A stretch of 64,000 bases of DNA from Raja brachyura (taxonomy: Eukaryota). The stretch spans positions 12,648,001-12,712,000 of the forward strand of contig OY740808.1 in NCBI GenBank assembly GCA_963514005.1, read 5' to 3'. A program made the position numbers and the translations under genes. Positions 11,553 through 24,778 of the stretch are shown one piece after another. The notes under the pieces were generated by a model. It made no database searches and was not told where the DNA came from. It worked only from the letters and a program-made list of their open reading frames with translations. How positions within the stretch are numbered: the stretch's first letter is position 1; every line of letters starts with the position of its first letter.

Positions 11553-14500
11553 ACAATAGACAATAGACAATAGGTGCAGGAGTAGGCCATTCACCCCTAT
11601 GATCCAGCACCGCCATTCAATGTGATCATGGCTGATCATCCCCAATCAGTACCCTGTTCCTGTCTTCTCCCTATATCCACTGACTGCGATCTTTAAGAGC
11701 CCTATGTAGCTCTCTCTTCAAAGCATCCAGAGAACCTGCTTCCGCCGCCCTTTGAGGCAGATAATTCCACAGACTCGCAACTCTGTGGCCCCTGCTTCTG
11801 GACTCCCCCAACATCGAGAACATGTTTCCTGCCTCTAGCGTGTCCAAACCCTTAACAATCTTATATGTTTGAATAAGATCCCTTCTCATCCTTCTAAACT
11901 CCAGAGTGTACAAGCCCAACCACTCCATTCTCTCAGCATATGACAGTCCCACCATCCCGGGAATTAACCTTGTAAACCTACTCTGCACTCCCCCAATAGC
12001 AAGAATGTCCTTTCTCAAATTAGGGGACCAAAACTGCACACAATACTCCAGGTGTGGTCTCACAAGGCTCTGTACAACTGCAGAATGACCTCTTTCCTCC
12101 TCTACTCGTCTCCTCTTGTTATAAAGACCAACATGCCATTCGCTTTCTTCACTGCCTGCTGTAACTGCATGCCAACTTTCATAGACTGATGAATAAGGAC
12201 CCCAGATACCATTGTACTTCCCCTTTTCCCAACTTGACAGCAGTTAGATGGTAATCTGCCTACCTGTTTTTGATATCAAAGTGGATAACCTCACATTTAT
12301 CCACATTAAACTTCATCTGCCATGCATCTGCCCACTCACCCAACCTGTCCAAGTCACCCTGCATTCTCATAGCATCCTCCGCACAGTTCACACTGCCACC
12401 CAGCTTTGTGTCGTCTGCAAATTTGCTAATATTATATTGAATTCATTCATCCGAATAGCTGCGGTCTCAGCACCGATCCTTGTGGTACCCCACTAGTTAC
12501 TGCCTGCCATTCTGAAAGGGACCAGTTAATCCCTACACTTTGTTTCCTGTCTGCTAACCAATTTTCTGTCCATGCCAGCACTGTACCCCCAATGCCATGT
12601 GCCATAATTTTGCCCACTATCTCCTCGGTGGGATCTAATCAAAGGCTTTCTGAAAGTCCAGGTACACTACATCCACTGGCTCTGCCTTATCCATTTTCCA
12701 AGTAACATCTTTAAAAGATTAGTCAAGCATGATTTCCCCTTCGTAAATCCATGTTTTTTTAATATCTTTATTTATTAGCCGTACTGTAAGTTATATCAGT
12801 GTACATCCCTTGTATTGTATTACAGTGATTGTACCCCTTAATTTTTTATTTTATTTAAGGCTTTAGAAAAGAGAGAATAGAGAGAAAAATAGCAGCATAG
12901 AAAGTAGAAAAGTGAAAAAGAGATGTGAAAGTGCCAAAGCGTGACAGCGGGAAAGGAAACCCTTGAAGAGTTAGAAACGGGAATTAAGAGATAGACCCTG
13001 GAGAGGAAAAAAAAAGAAAGAGGGAAAAATAGAAAACGAAAAAAGAAAAGCCAGTAACTTTATTATAAACATCTTGCAAAAGGAATCTACCAACTTGACA
13101 ATTTTTCTTCCCCCTTTACCAAGACCCGACACCGGTACTTTTTTGAGGTATTCTTGCACCTTATCCTTGTAATAGATTTATAAATGCAGACCACGTCTTA
13201 TAGAAACAGTCTGATTTTCCTGCTAGTCGGAGTCTCATATCTTCCAAGTGTAGTGTTTCCAACATAGACGAAATCCACATATTGACTGTGGGTACCGGAG
13301 AATGTTTCCAGAATTTTAAGATGAGCTTTTTTCCAGTTATTAAGCCTTTTGAAACACGTTTTGAAACACGTTTAATTCAGGGCAGTCTCCCGATCCCGAA
13401 GATTATCCAGTCTGGGTCAGTTTTATTTTAAATATTTTTGTGAAAAATTCAAAAATTTCAGTCCAAATGTTTGAATTTTTGTACAAAAGACAAATGAGTG
13501 TGCTATATTAGCTTCTTGACATTGACATTTATCACATATAGGAGAGATGTTGGGAAAGCGTTTCCTTATTTTAGTTTTTGAATAGTATAATCTGTGTAAG
13601 ATTTTAAATTGTATTAAGGTGTGTCTTACATTAATTGAACATTTATGCACGTTTAATAAATATTCTTCCCACCTTTCTTTGGGAATGTTTATACTTAATT
13701 ATTTTTCCCAGTCTCTCCTGATACCATCTGTTGTTGGTATTTCTGCATTTAGAATACTATTATATATATATATTAGGTTTGCTGATTCTGCCTTTGTATT
13801 TATTACTTCTTCCAGTAAGTCTGCAGGCATATTGTGATAATCTTGTGCATGTTTTTTCAAATAGTCACAGATTTGGAAATATTTAAAATACTAATTGTTT
13901 CCCAAATTGTATTTTAGTTGTATTTGTTTAAATGATAAAAAAATTCCCGATTCATACGCATCTCCAAAGATTTTAATTCCAGCTCTTTCCCATTGTGTAA
14001 ATGCTTTATCTATAGTTGAAGCTTTAAATGAGGTGTTTTTACCCGATAAGAGAGATAAATTTCTTAATTTTAGATTGTGTTTTATTTGTTTCCAAATTCT
14101 GATTGTACTGCATATAATTGGCTTATTGTTGTAATTTATATTATTCATCGATATTAGAGAGAGAAGGATTTCGTAAATCCATGTTGACTCGGACCGATCC
14201 TGTTACTGCTATCCAAATGTGCGACTATTTAATATTTTATAATTGATTCCAGCAACTTCCCCACCACCGATGTCAGGCTAACTGGTCTATAATTCCCTGT
14301 TTTCTCTCTCCCACCTTTCTCTCTCCCACCTTTCTTAAAAAGTGGGATAACATTAGCTACCCTCCAATCCACAGGAACAGATCCTGAATCTATAGAACAC
14401 TGGAAACTTATCACAAATGCATCCACGATTTCTAGAGAAACTTTCTTAAGTACCCTGGGATGCAGGCCATCAGGCCCTAGGGATTTATCAGCCTTCAGTC

Positions 14501-15685
14501 CCATCGGTCTACCCAACACTATTTCCTGCCTAATGTGGATTTCCTTCAGTTCCTCCGTCACCCCAGAACCTCTGGCATCTGCTATATCATGAAGATTGAT
14601 TGTGTCCTCGTTAGTGAAGACGGATCCAAAGTACCTGTTCAATTCATCTTCCATTTCCTTGTTCCCCATAATAAATTCACCTTTTTTGGCCTTCAAATGT
14701 CCAACCTAATACGTAATGTTCTTACCTAATGGTTTTCTCTATACATACCTAACGAAGCTTTTACTATCCTCCTTTATATTTTTGGCTAGCTTACCTCCAT
14801 ACCTCATCTTTTCTCCCCACATTGTCATTTTAGGTATATTCTGTTGCTCTTTAAATATTACCCAATCTTCTTGCTTCCCGCTCATCTTTGCTACGTTGTA
14901 CTTCTCTTTTATTTTTATACTGTCCCTGATGTCCCTTGTCAGCCACGGTCGCTCATTACTCCCCTTCGAATCTTTCCTCCTCCTAGGAATGAACTGATCC
15001 TGCACCTTCTGTATTATTCCTAGAAATACCTGCCATTGTTGTTCTACTGTCATCCCTGCTAGTATATCTTTCCAGTCAAATTTGGCCAGCTCCTCCCTCA
15101 TGGACCCATAGTCCCCTTTATTCAACTGTAACGCTGTAGATTAAACCTGATGGTAGTTATGGTCACTACCTCCTAATGGCTCATTAACCTCGAGGTCCTT
15201 TATCAAATCCGGTTCATTACATAACACTAAATCAAGAATTGCCTTCTCCCTGGTAAGCTCCAATACAAGCTGCTCTAAGAATCCACCACGAAGGCACTCT
15301 ATAAATCCCTTTCTTGTGGAATAGTATTAACCTGATTTTCCCAGTCTACCAGCATGTTGAAAACTCCCATAACAACCACAGCTTTACCTTTGCTACATAC
15401 CAATTTTAACCTGCTTCAACTTGCACCCTAGGTCCAGGCTACTGTTTGGGGGCCTGTAGATAAGTCCCATTAGGGTATTTTTACCCTTACAATTCCTCAG
15501 TTCTATCCATACTGACTCCACATCTCCTGTTTCAATGACACCCCTTGCAAGGGACTGAATTTCATTTCTGACCAACAGAGCAACCCCACCCCCTCTGCCC
15601 ACCTGTCTTTTTTTCGATAGGAGGTATACCCTTGAATATTCAGTTCCCAGCCCTGGACCTCTTGCAGCCATGTCTCTGTAATTCC
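11553..15685 (-). mobile_element. CR1 LINE, near-complete ORF2 (APE + RT), split by an L1 insertion
   Basis: APE motifs GITETWL, GGGVALL, IYRPPNS; RT motifs; (CTATTGT)n tail at 11553. Confidence 0.92.
12756..14169 (-). mobile_element. L1-clade LINE, 5'-truncated
   Basis: IQFKILHRLYY...CDKC...HSFVFC (CCHC) C-terminus, AATAAA plus A-tail, 16-bp TSD TTCGTAAATCCATGTT (12740-12755, 14170-14185). Confidence 0.92.
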
Positions 15686-16481
15686 CAGGGAGTTGCAGAG
15701 GGAACGGTCTCCGCGGAAGGCATAAAGGGTTGGAGATGGGATGATGTGACTAGTGTTGGGAACCCTTTGGAGGTGGCGAAAATGTTGGAGGATTATGTGT
15801 TGTATGCGACGGCTGATGGGGTAAAAGATAAGGACTAGGGGAACTCTGTCTCTATTGCGACTAGAGGGAAGGGGCGCAAGGGCGGAGCTGCGGGTACTGA
15901 GTGAGAGCATCATCTATGATGGGAGAGGGGGACCCCCGTTAACTAAAAAATGAGGATATCCGAGTATGAAACACCTCATCTTGTGCGCAGATGCGGTGCA
16001 GACGGACGAATTGGGAGTAGGGGATAGCCGGGTGGGAAGTACCGTAGCCGAGATAGTTGTGGGAGTCAGTGGGTTTGTAATATATGTCAGTCAATAGTCT
16101 ATCTCCCGTGATGGAGACTGTGAGGTCAAGGAAGGGGAGGGAGGTGTCTAGAATGGTCCTTTACTTTTAGCATCATGTTCGACATAGATTCCTAATTGAT
16201 TAGTAGGTCCGTATATGTTGTTCAGCTACCCTCACTCGAATGAGATTCCATCTGATCGCTCCATCTCGTGTGCGTGTGTGAGTGTGTGAGTGAGTGTGTG
16301 TGTATGTTTCTTTGCGCTCTGGTAAAGTGAACCATCTTAAAGTCATTGGTTTTAAATAACGTTCGACAAACTAAATCGCTGTTTTGTCTATCAGGTAAAA
16401 AAACATAAATCTTGATTTCTTACTTCCGCATTAGAAATAATAGTCACGGAAATGTATTGCTCTCAATACTGGACTATTGAT

Positions 16482-16487
16482 TTTATT
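16482..16487 (-). terminator. Probable polyadenylation signal of IgL cluster 2 (AATAAA)
   Basis: AATAAA ~285 nt 3' of the C2 stop, at the aligned position of AATAAA in cluster 3 (29737-29742). Confidence 0.55.
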
Positions 16488-16708
16488 TGAAAGTCGTGTT
16501 TGAATTTATGATAGCAGTAAGCAAACATCCAGAATACAATCTTCAGACAACTGAATATTAATGAATATTTGAAGATGCATCGGCTGACATTTAATAACAT
16601 TGGAGGTTCAATTAACAATTTGATTGCTTTAATGGAATGGCGTACACAATTGGCAAGACAAACGACGATTTTAAACGCAAACAAACAATATTTCCAGACC
16701 AATTTCTC

Positions 16709-16733
16709 AGAAAGAAAGAAAGAAAGAAAGAAG
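16709..16733 (+). repeat. (GAAA)n microsatellite in the C2 3' UTR
   Basis: About six GAAA units; not expanded in the C1 or C3 UTRs. Confidence 0.8.
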
Positions 16734-16771
16734 GACCAACAGATATTTCTACAGCACTATTAGGTGGAGTT

Positions 16772-17094
16772 TTAGAGACAGCCGGATCTGGCGATGTCTG
16801 CCTTAAGCGGGTTTGCCTGGGTTTCGTGTTTAACCACACAGGAGTAAAGCTCGTTTGAGTTCCAGACTGTGGCGGGCAGAGTCAGGTAACTGCTTGCACT
16901 GAACGTGTTGTCCTTCTCTTGCTGGATTCGGCTGGTCTCAACGCCGTCACTTCTCGCACTGCCGTCCACGGTCCACTCAATATTCACTGCACCCGGATTG
17001 AACCCGCTCACCAAACACAACAGGGTGGCGGTGCCCTTTCCCGTGATTTCTGCCTCTGAAGGTCGGAGGACGGACACTGCGGGGGCGCGAGGTG
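16772..17094 (-). CDS. IGLC: IgL cluster 2, constant exon (lambda / type II-like)
   Basis: Intact C1-set domain ending RSGCL*. CAG acceptor at 17097-17095. Confidence 0.96.
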
Positions 17095-18844
17095 CTGTTT
17101 AAAATAACGTCACACATTAGTGGGGGTTGAAGAACTGCTTCGGTTAAAATATTGTTAAAATACCATGGATCCATTCATTTTAATGAATAAACATTTTTCC
17201 TCTACTTGTTTCAAATTGTTCGATTGCGCACCTGAGATAATCTCCAGGTGTGATCTCCGAAGATTAATTGGTAGTTATGACAATGGGACACGTTCAATTT
17301 ATTGGTTTAATATAAATTATTTCGTCAGTGTTGTTAATTGATTTCCAGAGTATTATTTCCATTGAATCCAGTTGAAATAAAAATCGTGTGTAGTACCCGA
17401 CAGCCATTTGCCGTTTTTTAAAATTGTGGAACAATTGTGCCAAGTTCAACTGAACTCTCTTAAATCATGTCTTATTTAGACACTTTCGTTTATTAAGACC
17501 AAAGACCGAAGTTTCATGAAGGATTCGATAAATGGGACACGAATAATTTGCCATTTTACCCATCGATGCATCTACTAGTTTTGCAGCAACAGTAATTTCA
17601 CTGTGTCTCCACATCTGTAATTGATTTTGACATGATTTACATTTATGTTGAAACGTATACGTTTCTTCTTTTTGGAGTAAAAAATTAGCTCAATTTCTGA
17701 ATTTGAACAGAGAATCTCACCCCGTGCACTCAACTGCCAAAAAAGGAAACCGTCTGTCATCACCTGCAATAAAACGGATTTCAACTGATATGTTTGGGAA
17801 ATTCAATTTGGCCGTGCTGGCACGAAGAGCCGAATTGCCTGCTCCTGCACCTATTGTGTAATGCGAAAATCGCTTTCACTTATATTTCGTGTGAAATTGA
17901 ACTATTCGCTGTCCCATTGATTCCAGAATCCGCATGCTCTAAGTGTAATTCAATATCGCATTAGCATCAAATCATTGGTTGCAGTGTGTTTAGGTACATT
18001 GGCTTTGATAATGTCCGGGAGCGACAATTAAACAAACTTTTGAAAGCATAAAAATTAAAGAAAAAACATAGATTCATAACAATGGACGATTACAAATCCA
18101 ATGTCGCTGCACAGCGTTATTGTTGGCTTCCGATGGTTATCCCGGCTAAATATTGGTCATTCTTTAACACTTACAAAAAAAGCATACAAGCAATCTTTAA
18201 GCAGTTTTAAAAGTATAACACAGGATAAAAATAAATTTGGCAGCTAGTCCTCTCGAAATATGATTTAATTTATTTGAAGATCAGTTGATATTTTTGAGGC
18301 AGATTCAGTGATTTCACAAAATGTTTTGATTAGAATGGATGTTGAGGGGAGAAGGCAGGAAAATTAGATTAGGAGGAAGAGATCAGACATGTTTGAATGG
18401 CGGAGTAGACTCGATTGACCGAATGGCCTAATTCTATTCCGATAATTCATGAGCGTGTGAAATTAACATAATATTTCTCAACTTCTCTGAAGAGGACTGG
18501 TCTAATTACTCGGATAAATTATAATTTTGTTTAATTTCCTCTGTTTCATTGTTTGCCATAAAACTGTTGTCAGGTCGCGAACATTACAAGAATATATTCT
18601 GTACTGCTAGTTTAGGAGAAAATCTAAGGGCACGAAAGAACTTGCAGAAGGTGGCAAACGCTTGCACGGACAATTAATTTTATTGTAATATCTTCAAGTT
18701 GAACTCTTTCCATATCCAAAACAAAGTAAGGTAAATACAATACAGTCTAATGAATTGTTGCAGCAGTTCCAGTCTTGTGCTTAGCCTTAATACGGGTTTA
18801 AAAAATCCGAACGTGTTAATGTCGAAGCTTCAGGTGTCTTCTTG

Positions 18845-19178
18845 GTTTAGTTTAGAAATACAGCGCTGAAACAGGCCATTCGGCCCACCGAATCCGCACC
18901 GACCAGCGATCCCCGCACATTAACGCTACCCTACACACACTAGGGCCAATTTACATTTATGCCGAGCCAATTAACCTACACGTCTGTACATCTTTGGAGC
19001 GTGGGAGAAAACCGAAGATCTCGGATAAACCCCACGCAGTCACGGGGAGAACATACAAACTCCTTACAGACAGCACCCGTAGTCGGGATGGAACGGACTG
19101 GGTTACAGCGCTTTCAGCGCCAGGTGAAATTTGGAATTTGAAGTCCATGGCAGCGCTTTACCACTGCGTCACCGTGCC
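18845..19178 (-). mobile_element. V-SINE (HE1-like), full length, cluster 2 J-C intron
   Basis: tRNA-like head GGCACGGTGACGCAGTGG, central GGAGTTTGTATGTTCTCCCCGTG domain, CR1-like GGGCCGAATGGCC tail with (CTAAA)n. Confidence 0.88.
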
Positions 19179-19944
19179 GATTCTTGGAGGAGAACCAATA
19201 ATTTTGAAGAATCCACATTTCTCCTTGTTCATGATTTTGGGAAAACCCCACCAGGGTCAAGTGATCCGCAGAATTCCCACATATTACAGGTCGTGACGAA
19301 ATATCAACAATAAATGAACTATTATAGAAGGTGCATGTTTGATTAGAATTAGAATTGAAGGCAGAATCAATTTCCCGAAAGAGACACGACATGACGGAGT
19401 AACTTAGCGGTTCGGGAGCTTCTCTGGAGAATATGGATGTTGCGTTTCGGGTCGGGACGTTTATATTCTTGAATTATTTCACTTTATTCACGTCATACTG
19501 TCGACTTGATTCATGTTCTTCAGTCTGAAGAAGAGTCCCGACCCGAAACATCACCAATCTATGTTCACCAGAGATGCTGCCTGACCCACTGAGGCACTCC
19601 AATACTTTTTGGGTGTTTTTTTTGTTGCAAATCAGCATCTGCAGTTCGTTGTCACTCTCATGTCAATGCGCGTTTCCATACGGTCGGTTTTATTCGTACC
19701 CTGGCTTGGTCATTGTTAGCTCATCGTCCGAAAAGTAATTAAGATTTTTTTAAAAACAGCTGGACAGTCATTTCGTCCTTTCATTGCTGTTGTCAACCAA
19801 TTTGCCAAAGGAGATTCGATCTTAGTCGGGTATTCTTTAAAAAATCAGCTTTAAAAGCCTTTTATTGGAAACAACAATCAGCGACAAAAAACAAAAAAAT
19901 CATAGCTGTATCAATAAGCCACAGGTAGAAGATAGTTTACTTAC

Positions 19945-20289
19945 TGCCAATACCCAGCCTCGTTCCTTTGCCGAAGATTAAAGGATTTATCCACACAGCA
20001 CAGTAGTAGTCCGCAGCGTCCGCAGACTGCACATTCGCTATTGTCAATGTTGCAGTGTTGCCTGACACTGATCCGGCGAAACGGTCAGAAACTCCCGATC
20101 CTCTAGTAATGCTGCTGCCCGAGTAATAGTAGAACAGAAACCGCGGAACCGCTCCGGGAATCTGCTGGTACCAGGAAACATAATTACTACTTAAACTGCC
20201 GCCAGTCATGATACAGGATATTTGCACGTTTTGACCCGGAGACGTGGACATTGAAGATGGCTGATTTAGTGTAACTAGCGCATTTATGC
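19945..20289 (-). CDS. IGLV: IgL cluster 2, germline-joined VJ exon
   Basis: CAG acceptor at 20292-20290. Open frame ...VQISC...WYQQ...DAADYYCAVWINPLIFGKGTRLGIG. GTAAGT donor at 19944-19939. 345 nt, like VJ1. Confidence 0.96.
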
Positions 20290-20421
20290 CTGGAAAACAA
20301 AGCAGAAAATATAGCGCATTAACTATGATTAGACAAACAGCAGAAGTGTCAGCGATAGAAACTTTTAAATATTAAATATTAAACATATTAAATATTATGT
20401 CGGTGGAAGTAAAATACTCAC

Positions 20422-20470
20422 AAACTGCGGAGAAAGCTAACGCATAGAGTGCCAAGACCCGACAAGACAT
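20422..20470 (-). CDS. IGLV: IgL cluster 2, leader exon (MSCRVLALYALAFSAV)
   Basis: ATG at 20470, 49 nt, GTGAGT donor at 20421-20416. Confidence 0.92.
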
Positions 20471-20522
20471 TGTGCAGTAATTAATTGAGTGGAGGACCCC
20501 TGGTAAACTGCTTGTCTCCCGG

Positions 20523-20613
20523 TCGCTTATGAACCGTGTGACAAGGCGTCACCGCGTGTTCCTTATGTATCCAGTCAACAGTCAAATCAGAATGGGTGTT
20601 GCGCCAATCAGAA
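20523..20613 (-). promoter_or_regulatory. IgL cluster 2 promoter
   Basis: TCGCTTATGAA 20523-20533, GTCACC 20548-20553, AGTCAAATCA 20580-20589, CGCCAATCAGAA 20602-20613. Confidence 0.65.
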
Positions 20614-22308
20614 GTTGCCAGATTCTCCGTGTGTCAAGTTATTTCCATACTTTCGAGTAAATAAGGATTTGGTGTCGAGTCGTTGTTGATCTCGGGCCAA
20701 TTTAATATTGTCTTAAGCACACAAGAGATGTTGTTTCGTTTGAAAGGAGATGCACAATAATATATTCTAATTATAAAATATTCTGAATCTTTTGCTGTGC
20801 AGTTGCACGGCATGCGTTCTAAATTCATCGAATAACCTCATCCTAATTTCTATCGACTGTTCATTCACTCTTGAAAAATGAAGGGATACATTGCAGCAGG
20901 AGCTGAAGAATCCCATCTCATGGTGTCGTACTACTATGCACGGCCTACTGTGCGCGACATGTACCTTCACCCTTTTAGTTGCACATTGTATTTGAAACTG
21001 GTAAATATTCTGGTGAAGATGGTGAAGAAGCAATTGTCTGCTAAATGATTTACGAATTTGCAATTTTGGGTGTCAATTTCGATTGTGCACCGTCAAGCCC
21101 GCTATAATTCTGGAAAGCATGCTAGCTAGCTGCACATCTGTTCACTGACTTTGCACGGGGAGTTCAATACCATTGAGTAGTAAAAATGAGAAATATGTTT
21201 AATCGACCAGGGATCTGCTGGCGATGTTTATATATTAAAGACGTCGTTGGTTGCACGTGCTTGGATTGCTATGGTATAAATTCTGTCTATCTTCAACCGA
21301 CATATGAAATTATATTTACACGCAACCAGCGTTGCCATCTATTTGATCTGATGAACGCAGATTTTATGTAGCAATTTAAATCGCTCTAGTTGTATCGGAG
21401 TGCTCTTTTCTCTTTATGTTGAGTAGTAACACCAGAGAAATCAGTGCTCAAAGCTATCAACAAAAAAAAGCCAAAAGAATGTCAAAAATGTCCAAATATT
21501 GCCACATGGACTAACCTTGCCTATTACCAATGTGCATTGCCTTTGCTAATTTCTCCTCTGATCTCTCCACATGAACGCTTTATCATGATAAACTGGATAC
21601 ATTGGACAATTCCCTGCCTGTTTTCATGCAGCTCGAACAAAAATCAATAGTTGAACTACATCCAAAAGAAAATAACCCGCTCTTTGATACTCTTCTCACT
21701 CTAAATATTCATCCCCTCCAAGTAACAATATATTGCGACGACTTTCTTGGCCATACGCAAAATACATTCCAATTATTTACCTCGAACACACGGACAACAA
21801 CTCCGTGCCTGATCAGGATAAGAGCAAAGCGTGTGCATAATGCACCCTCGTCATCGGCTGTGACTTGTCTAGTAAGAGTGGGTAGACAAAAATGCTGGAT
21901 GAACTCAGCGGGTGAAGCAGCATCTATGGAGAGAAGGTATAGGTGACGTTTCGGATCGTGACCCTTATATCTAGCAAGAATGATGAGTGCGAAATACATT
22001 GCTATGCTTTGTGATCGCTGGGCCAATGTGTTGGAAATCCCTTTCCAATAGCAGTATTTGGATCCAATCGCTAGAACACTTCCGTGATTCAAGAAGCTTA
22101 CCAGTGCATACTAATGCTCACCTTGCTATCAATGTCGATTAAAATTCGGCGTATTGAAGGAACTTTTGGTTTTGAACCAAAAAAAGAGGATAGGGTAGTA
22201 GAGCTGTTCTACTCGTCTTGTTGGAGTTTTAAGAATATTATTTCTGCTTGAGCTATAGTATAACTCTACGTGCGAGCATTATGGTAAGAACAACGAGAGA
22301 GGGGGAGG

Positions 22309-22463
22309 NNNNNNNNNNNNNNNNNNNNNNNNNNNNNNNNNNNNNNNNNNNNNNNNNNNNNNNNNNNNNNNNNNNNNNNNNNNNNNNNNNNNNNNNNNNN
22401 NNNNNNNNNNNNNNNNNNNNNNNNNNNNNNNNNNNNNNNNNNNNNNNNNNNNNNNNNNNNNNN
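22309..22463. other. Assembly gap
   Basis: N run. Confidence 1.
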
Positions 22464-24682
22464 TGATTTGTTAGGCCGACCACTGTCGTGTTGCAAGTGA
22501 GGGTGTGTGCCATCAACCTCAGCTTTGGTTTCCTTCCAATAATTTTTAATTTTATATGATCTGAATTCTGATGTAGCATACACAGTCATATTCCTTTATT
22601 TATATCATTGATTGTTCTGTTGATTGTTTTTTTTTAGCCACAAAGAATTCGACCATCCCTTCAGTTGTGTTCCACATTAACTTACTATAGTCCAGAATAT
22701 ATTTATTTTCAGAGTTATGCTTATTTTTATATTGGTTCACCTTCTCTATCGTTGCTTGCAGGCAAGTGTCACACTTGGTTATTTGGCTAAATAACAATTG
22801 CCAATAAAATGAAGGTAAACATAAGTGGAGCGACCATAGTAAGATTTGTTTATTGAGGCTTAAGCTCAACAGGCTTCTGTGAGGGTTACCTTAGGATAAG
22901 GTTTGGTCTGTCACTTTATGTTTGCTTTGCAGCACAACCTGGTCTTGGAGTCCTAGAGATGGAGTCTAGTGTGGTCAGCCTGTGGGATGTTGGAACTGAA
23001 GAAGACGTAGTATCTCTAAACATTATATGTGCAGGATGTGTGTCCAAGTGCAGCTGCTGAATGACCCCGTTAGTGATCTGCAGTTCCAATTGGATTACCT
23101 CGTGTTCGTCCAGAGAGTGAACAAGTCATAGTTAGGAGTCATAGTGAGGTGCTCACACCTGTGATGCGGACAAAGAATAGAAGAGTGAACACCAGCCAAG
23201 GGAGTAGGCAGAGGGTTCAGGAATCCCCTTTAGGCATTTCCCTGTAAAACAGCTATGTTCTTTTGCAACTGTTGAGGGGGGTAACCGTTCAGCGGACAAC
23301 AGCAGTAGTCGGGTCTGTGGCACTGGGCCTGTTTCTGATGTGCAGCGGTATGAAGTCAGGCAGTGATTGTGATAAAACACATTAGTGCGGCAGACAGACA
23401 GGAGGAAATAGGGCTCATGGATGGACTGTTGCCTCTCTGGTGTAAGGATCTAGGATGTCATGAAACGTCTGTAGAGCATTTTTGAGCTGGTGGATGTCAG
23501 AACAGACAGAAGTCGTTGTGCATGTCCGTACAAATGATATGTAGGAAAATGGATGAGGTCCTATAGAGTTAGTATAAAGAGATGGGAAAATAGTTACGAA
23601 AAGGGATGTGGGACTGTGGAGTGAATATAGGGAGATCAGCTAAATATAACGAAGAGCAATGAGGTCCTACAGAGTGTCTATTGGGATTTAGGTAAAAGGT
23701 TAAAATCTCTGATTACCAAATTTGCCACGTGTTAGTGAGTGTAGCAATAGGAGGATAGGACAGATGAATGCATGGCTGAGGAGTTGGTGCAGGGGAAATG
23801 ATTCATATTGTAGAGCATTGAGATTTATGTTACCGCAAAGGCAACCTGCACAAGAGGGACAGGTTGCATTTGAACGAAAGGGGCTCCAACATCCTTGCTG
23901 TGAAGTTTGCTCGTACTAATCTGGAGAATTTAAGGTAGAATGCACAGAGAATGGGAACGAAAGGAGCAAGTCTGCAAATGGGAAGGCTGATGAGAGAGTG
24001 GAGGATATAACAAGTAAGTCTCAAAGGAAAGATGGGCATGGAGAGATTCATGATTATGGGATAATTAAGGGATGAAATGTTTATTTCAATGCAAGGCGTA
24101 TTGTGGATAACGCTAAATGAACGTAGATAGTCGAGATCAGTGTTTGGAATAATAATGTCGTGGCCATTATGAAAACCTGCTTGTGGGAGAGACATGTATC
24201 AGGGCTTCGATTTTTGAGATGGCGGTACTCAGAGGTGACATACTGGGGCGGACATCTATTGAGGCATATGGGTTGTGCTTAAAAATAAGAAAGGAACAGT
24301 CTCTCTAACGGGATTATATTATGGGACACCCAATAATCAGCGGGAGATGGATCGGATGTGCATACAGATGCATGAACTACAGTGTTGTTGTAGTGGGTAT
24401 TGTCAACTTCCAAAATATTGACTTATTTTATTCAGTGCAAGAGGGTTAAACGGGGCAGAATGTATGAAGTATATCGAAGAATATTGCCTTGAACGGTGTA
24501 TGGATAGTATGAATCCAGGAGGGTCGATACTGGACCTTGTGTTGGGAAATGAGCTTGGCCAGGTGACTGGTGGTATGCTGGAAGGGCACTTGGGGATAGT
24601 AACCACAACTTTACAATGTTGAATATTGGTATGAATAAGGATTGGTCTGGATGTTGGCAGAAGCAAAACAGGTTAAAATGTC

Positions 24683-24778
24683 GGGGGTTACACAAAAAGC
24701 TGGAGAAACTCAGCGGGTGCAGCAGCATCTAAGGAGCGAAGGAGTTAGGCGACGTTTCGGGTCGAGACCCTTCTTCAG
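24683..24778 (-). mobile_element. 96-bp Penelope-repeat-derived element with a minimal hammerhead-ribozyme-like motif
   Basis: 15-bp TSD ACAGGTTAAAATGTC (24668-24682, 24779-24793). Minus strand starts CTGAAGAAGGGTCTCGACCCGAAACGTC. Confidence 0.8.
24751..24778 (-). ncRNA. Minimal type I hammerhead ribozyme-like core (CUGAAGA-A-GGGUC/UC/GACCC-GAAAC-GUC)
   Basis: All conserved hammerhead core nucleotides, stem II, and a loopless palindromic ACGU in place of helix III. Stem I partner not evident in this copy and activity is untested. Confidence 0.6.

Larger units (their letters stand above)
11100..16160 (-). mobile_element. Penelope-like element split by a nested CR1+L1 (pieces 11100-11552 and 15685-16160)
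   Basis: The two pieces join to match contiguous Penelope sequence at 27750-28300 and 32613-33585 (RDRVPLVL, GIY-YIG region). Confidence 0.85.
8181..19200 (+). repeat. Segmental duplication unit A (direct paralog ~25145-32432)
   Basis: Shared order: old CR1, CR1, Penelope, (GT)n, 3' UTR, C exon, J-C intron, V-SINE. Confidence 0.88.

Noticed and set aside
18845-19178. tRNA gene
   Set aside because: The tRNA-like head is part of a SINE; no cloverleaf is supportable.
22464-22870. Minus-strand ORFs beside the gap as a viral or transposase fragment
   Set aside because: No motif I can recognise; a TBLASTX/HMM search would be needed.
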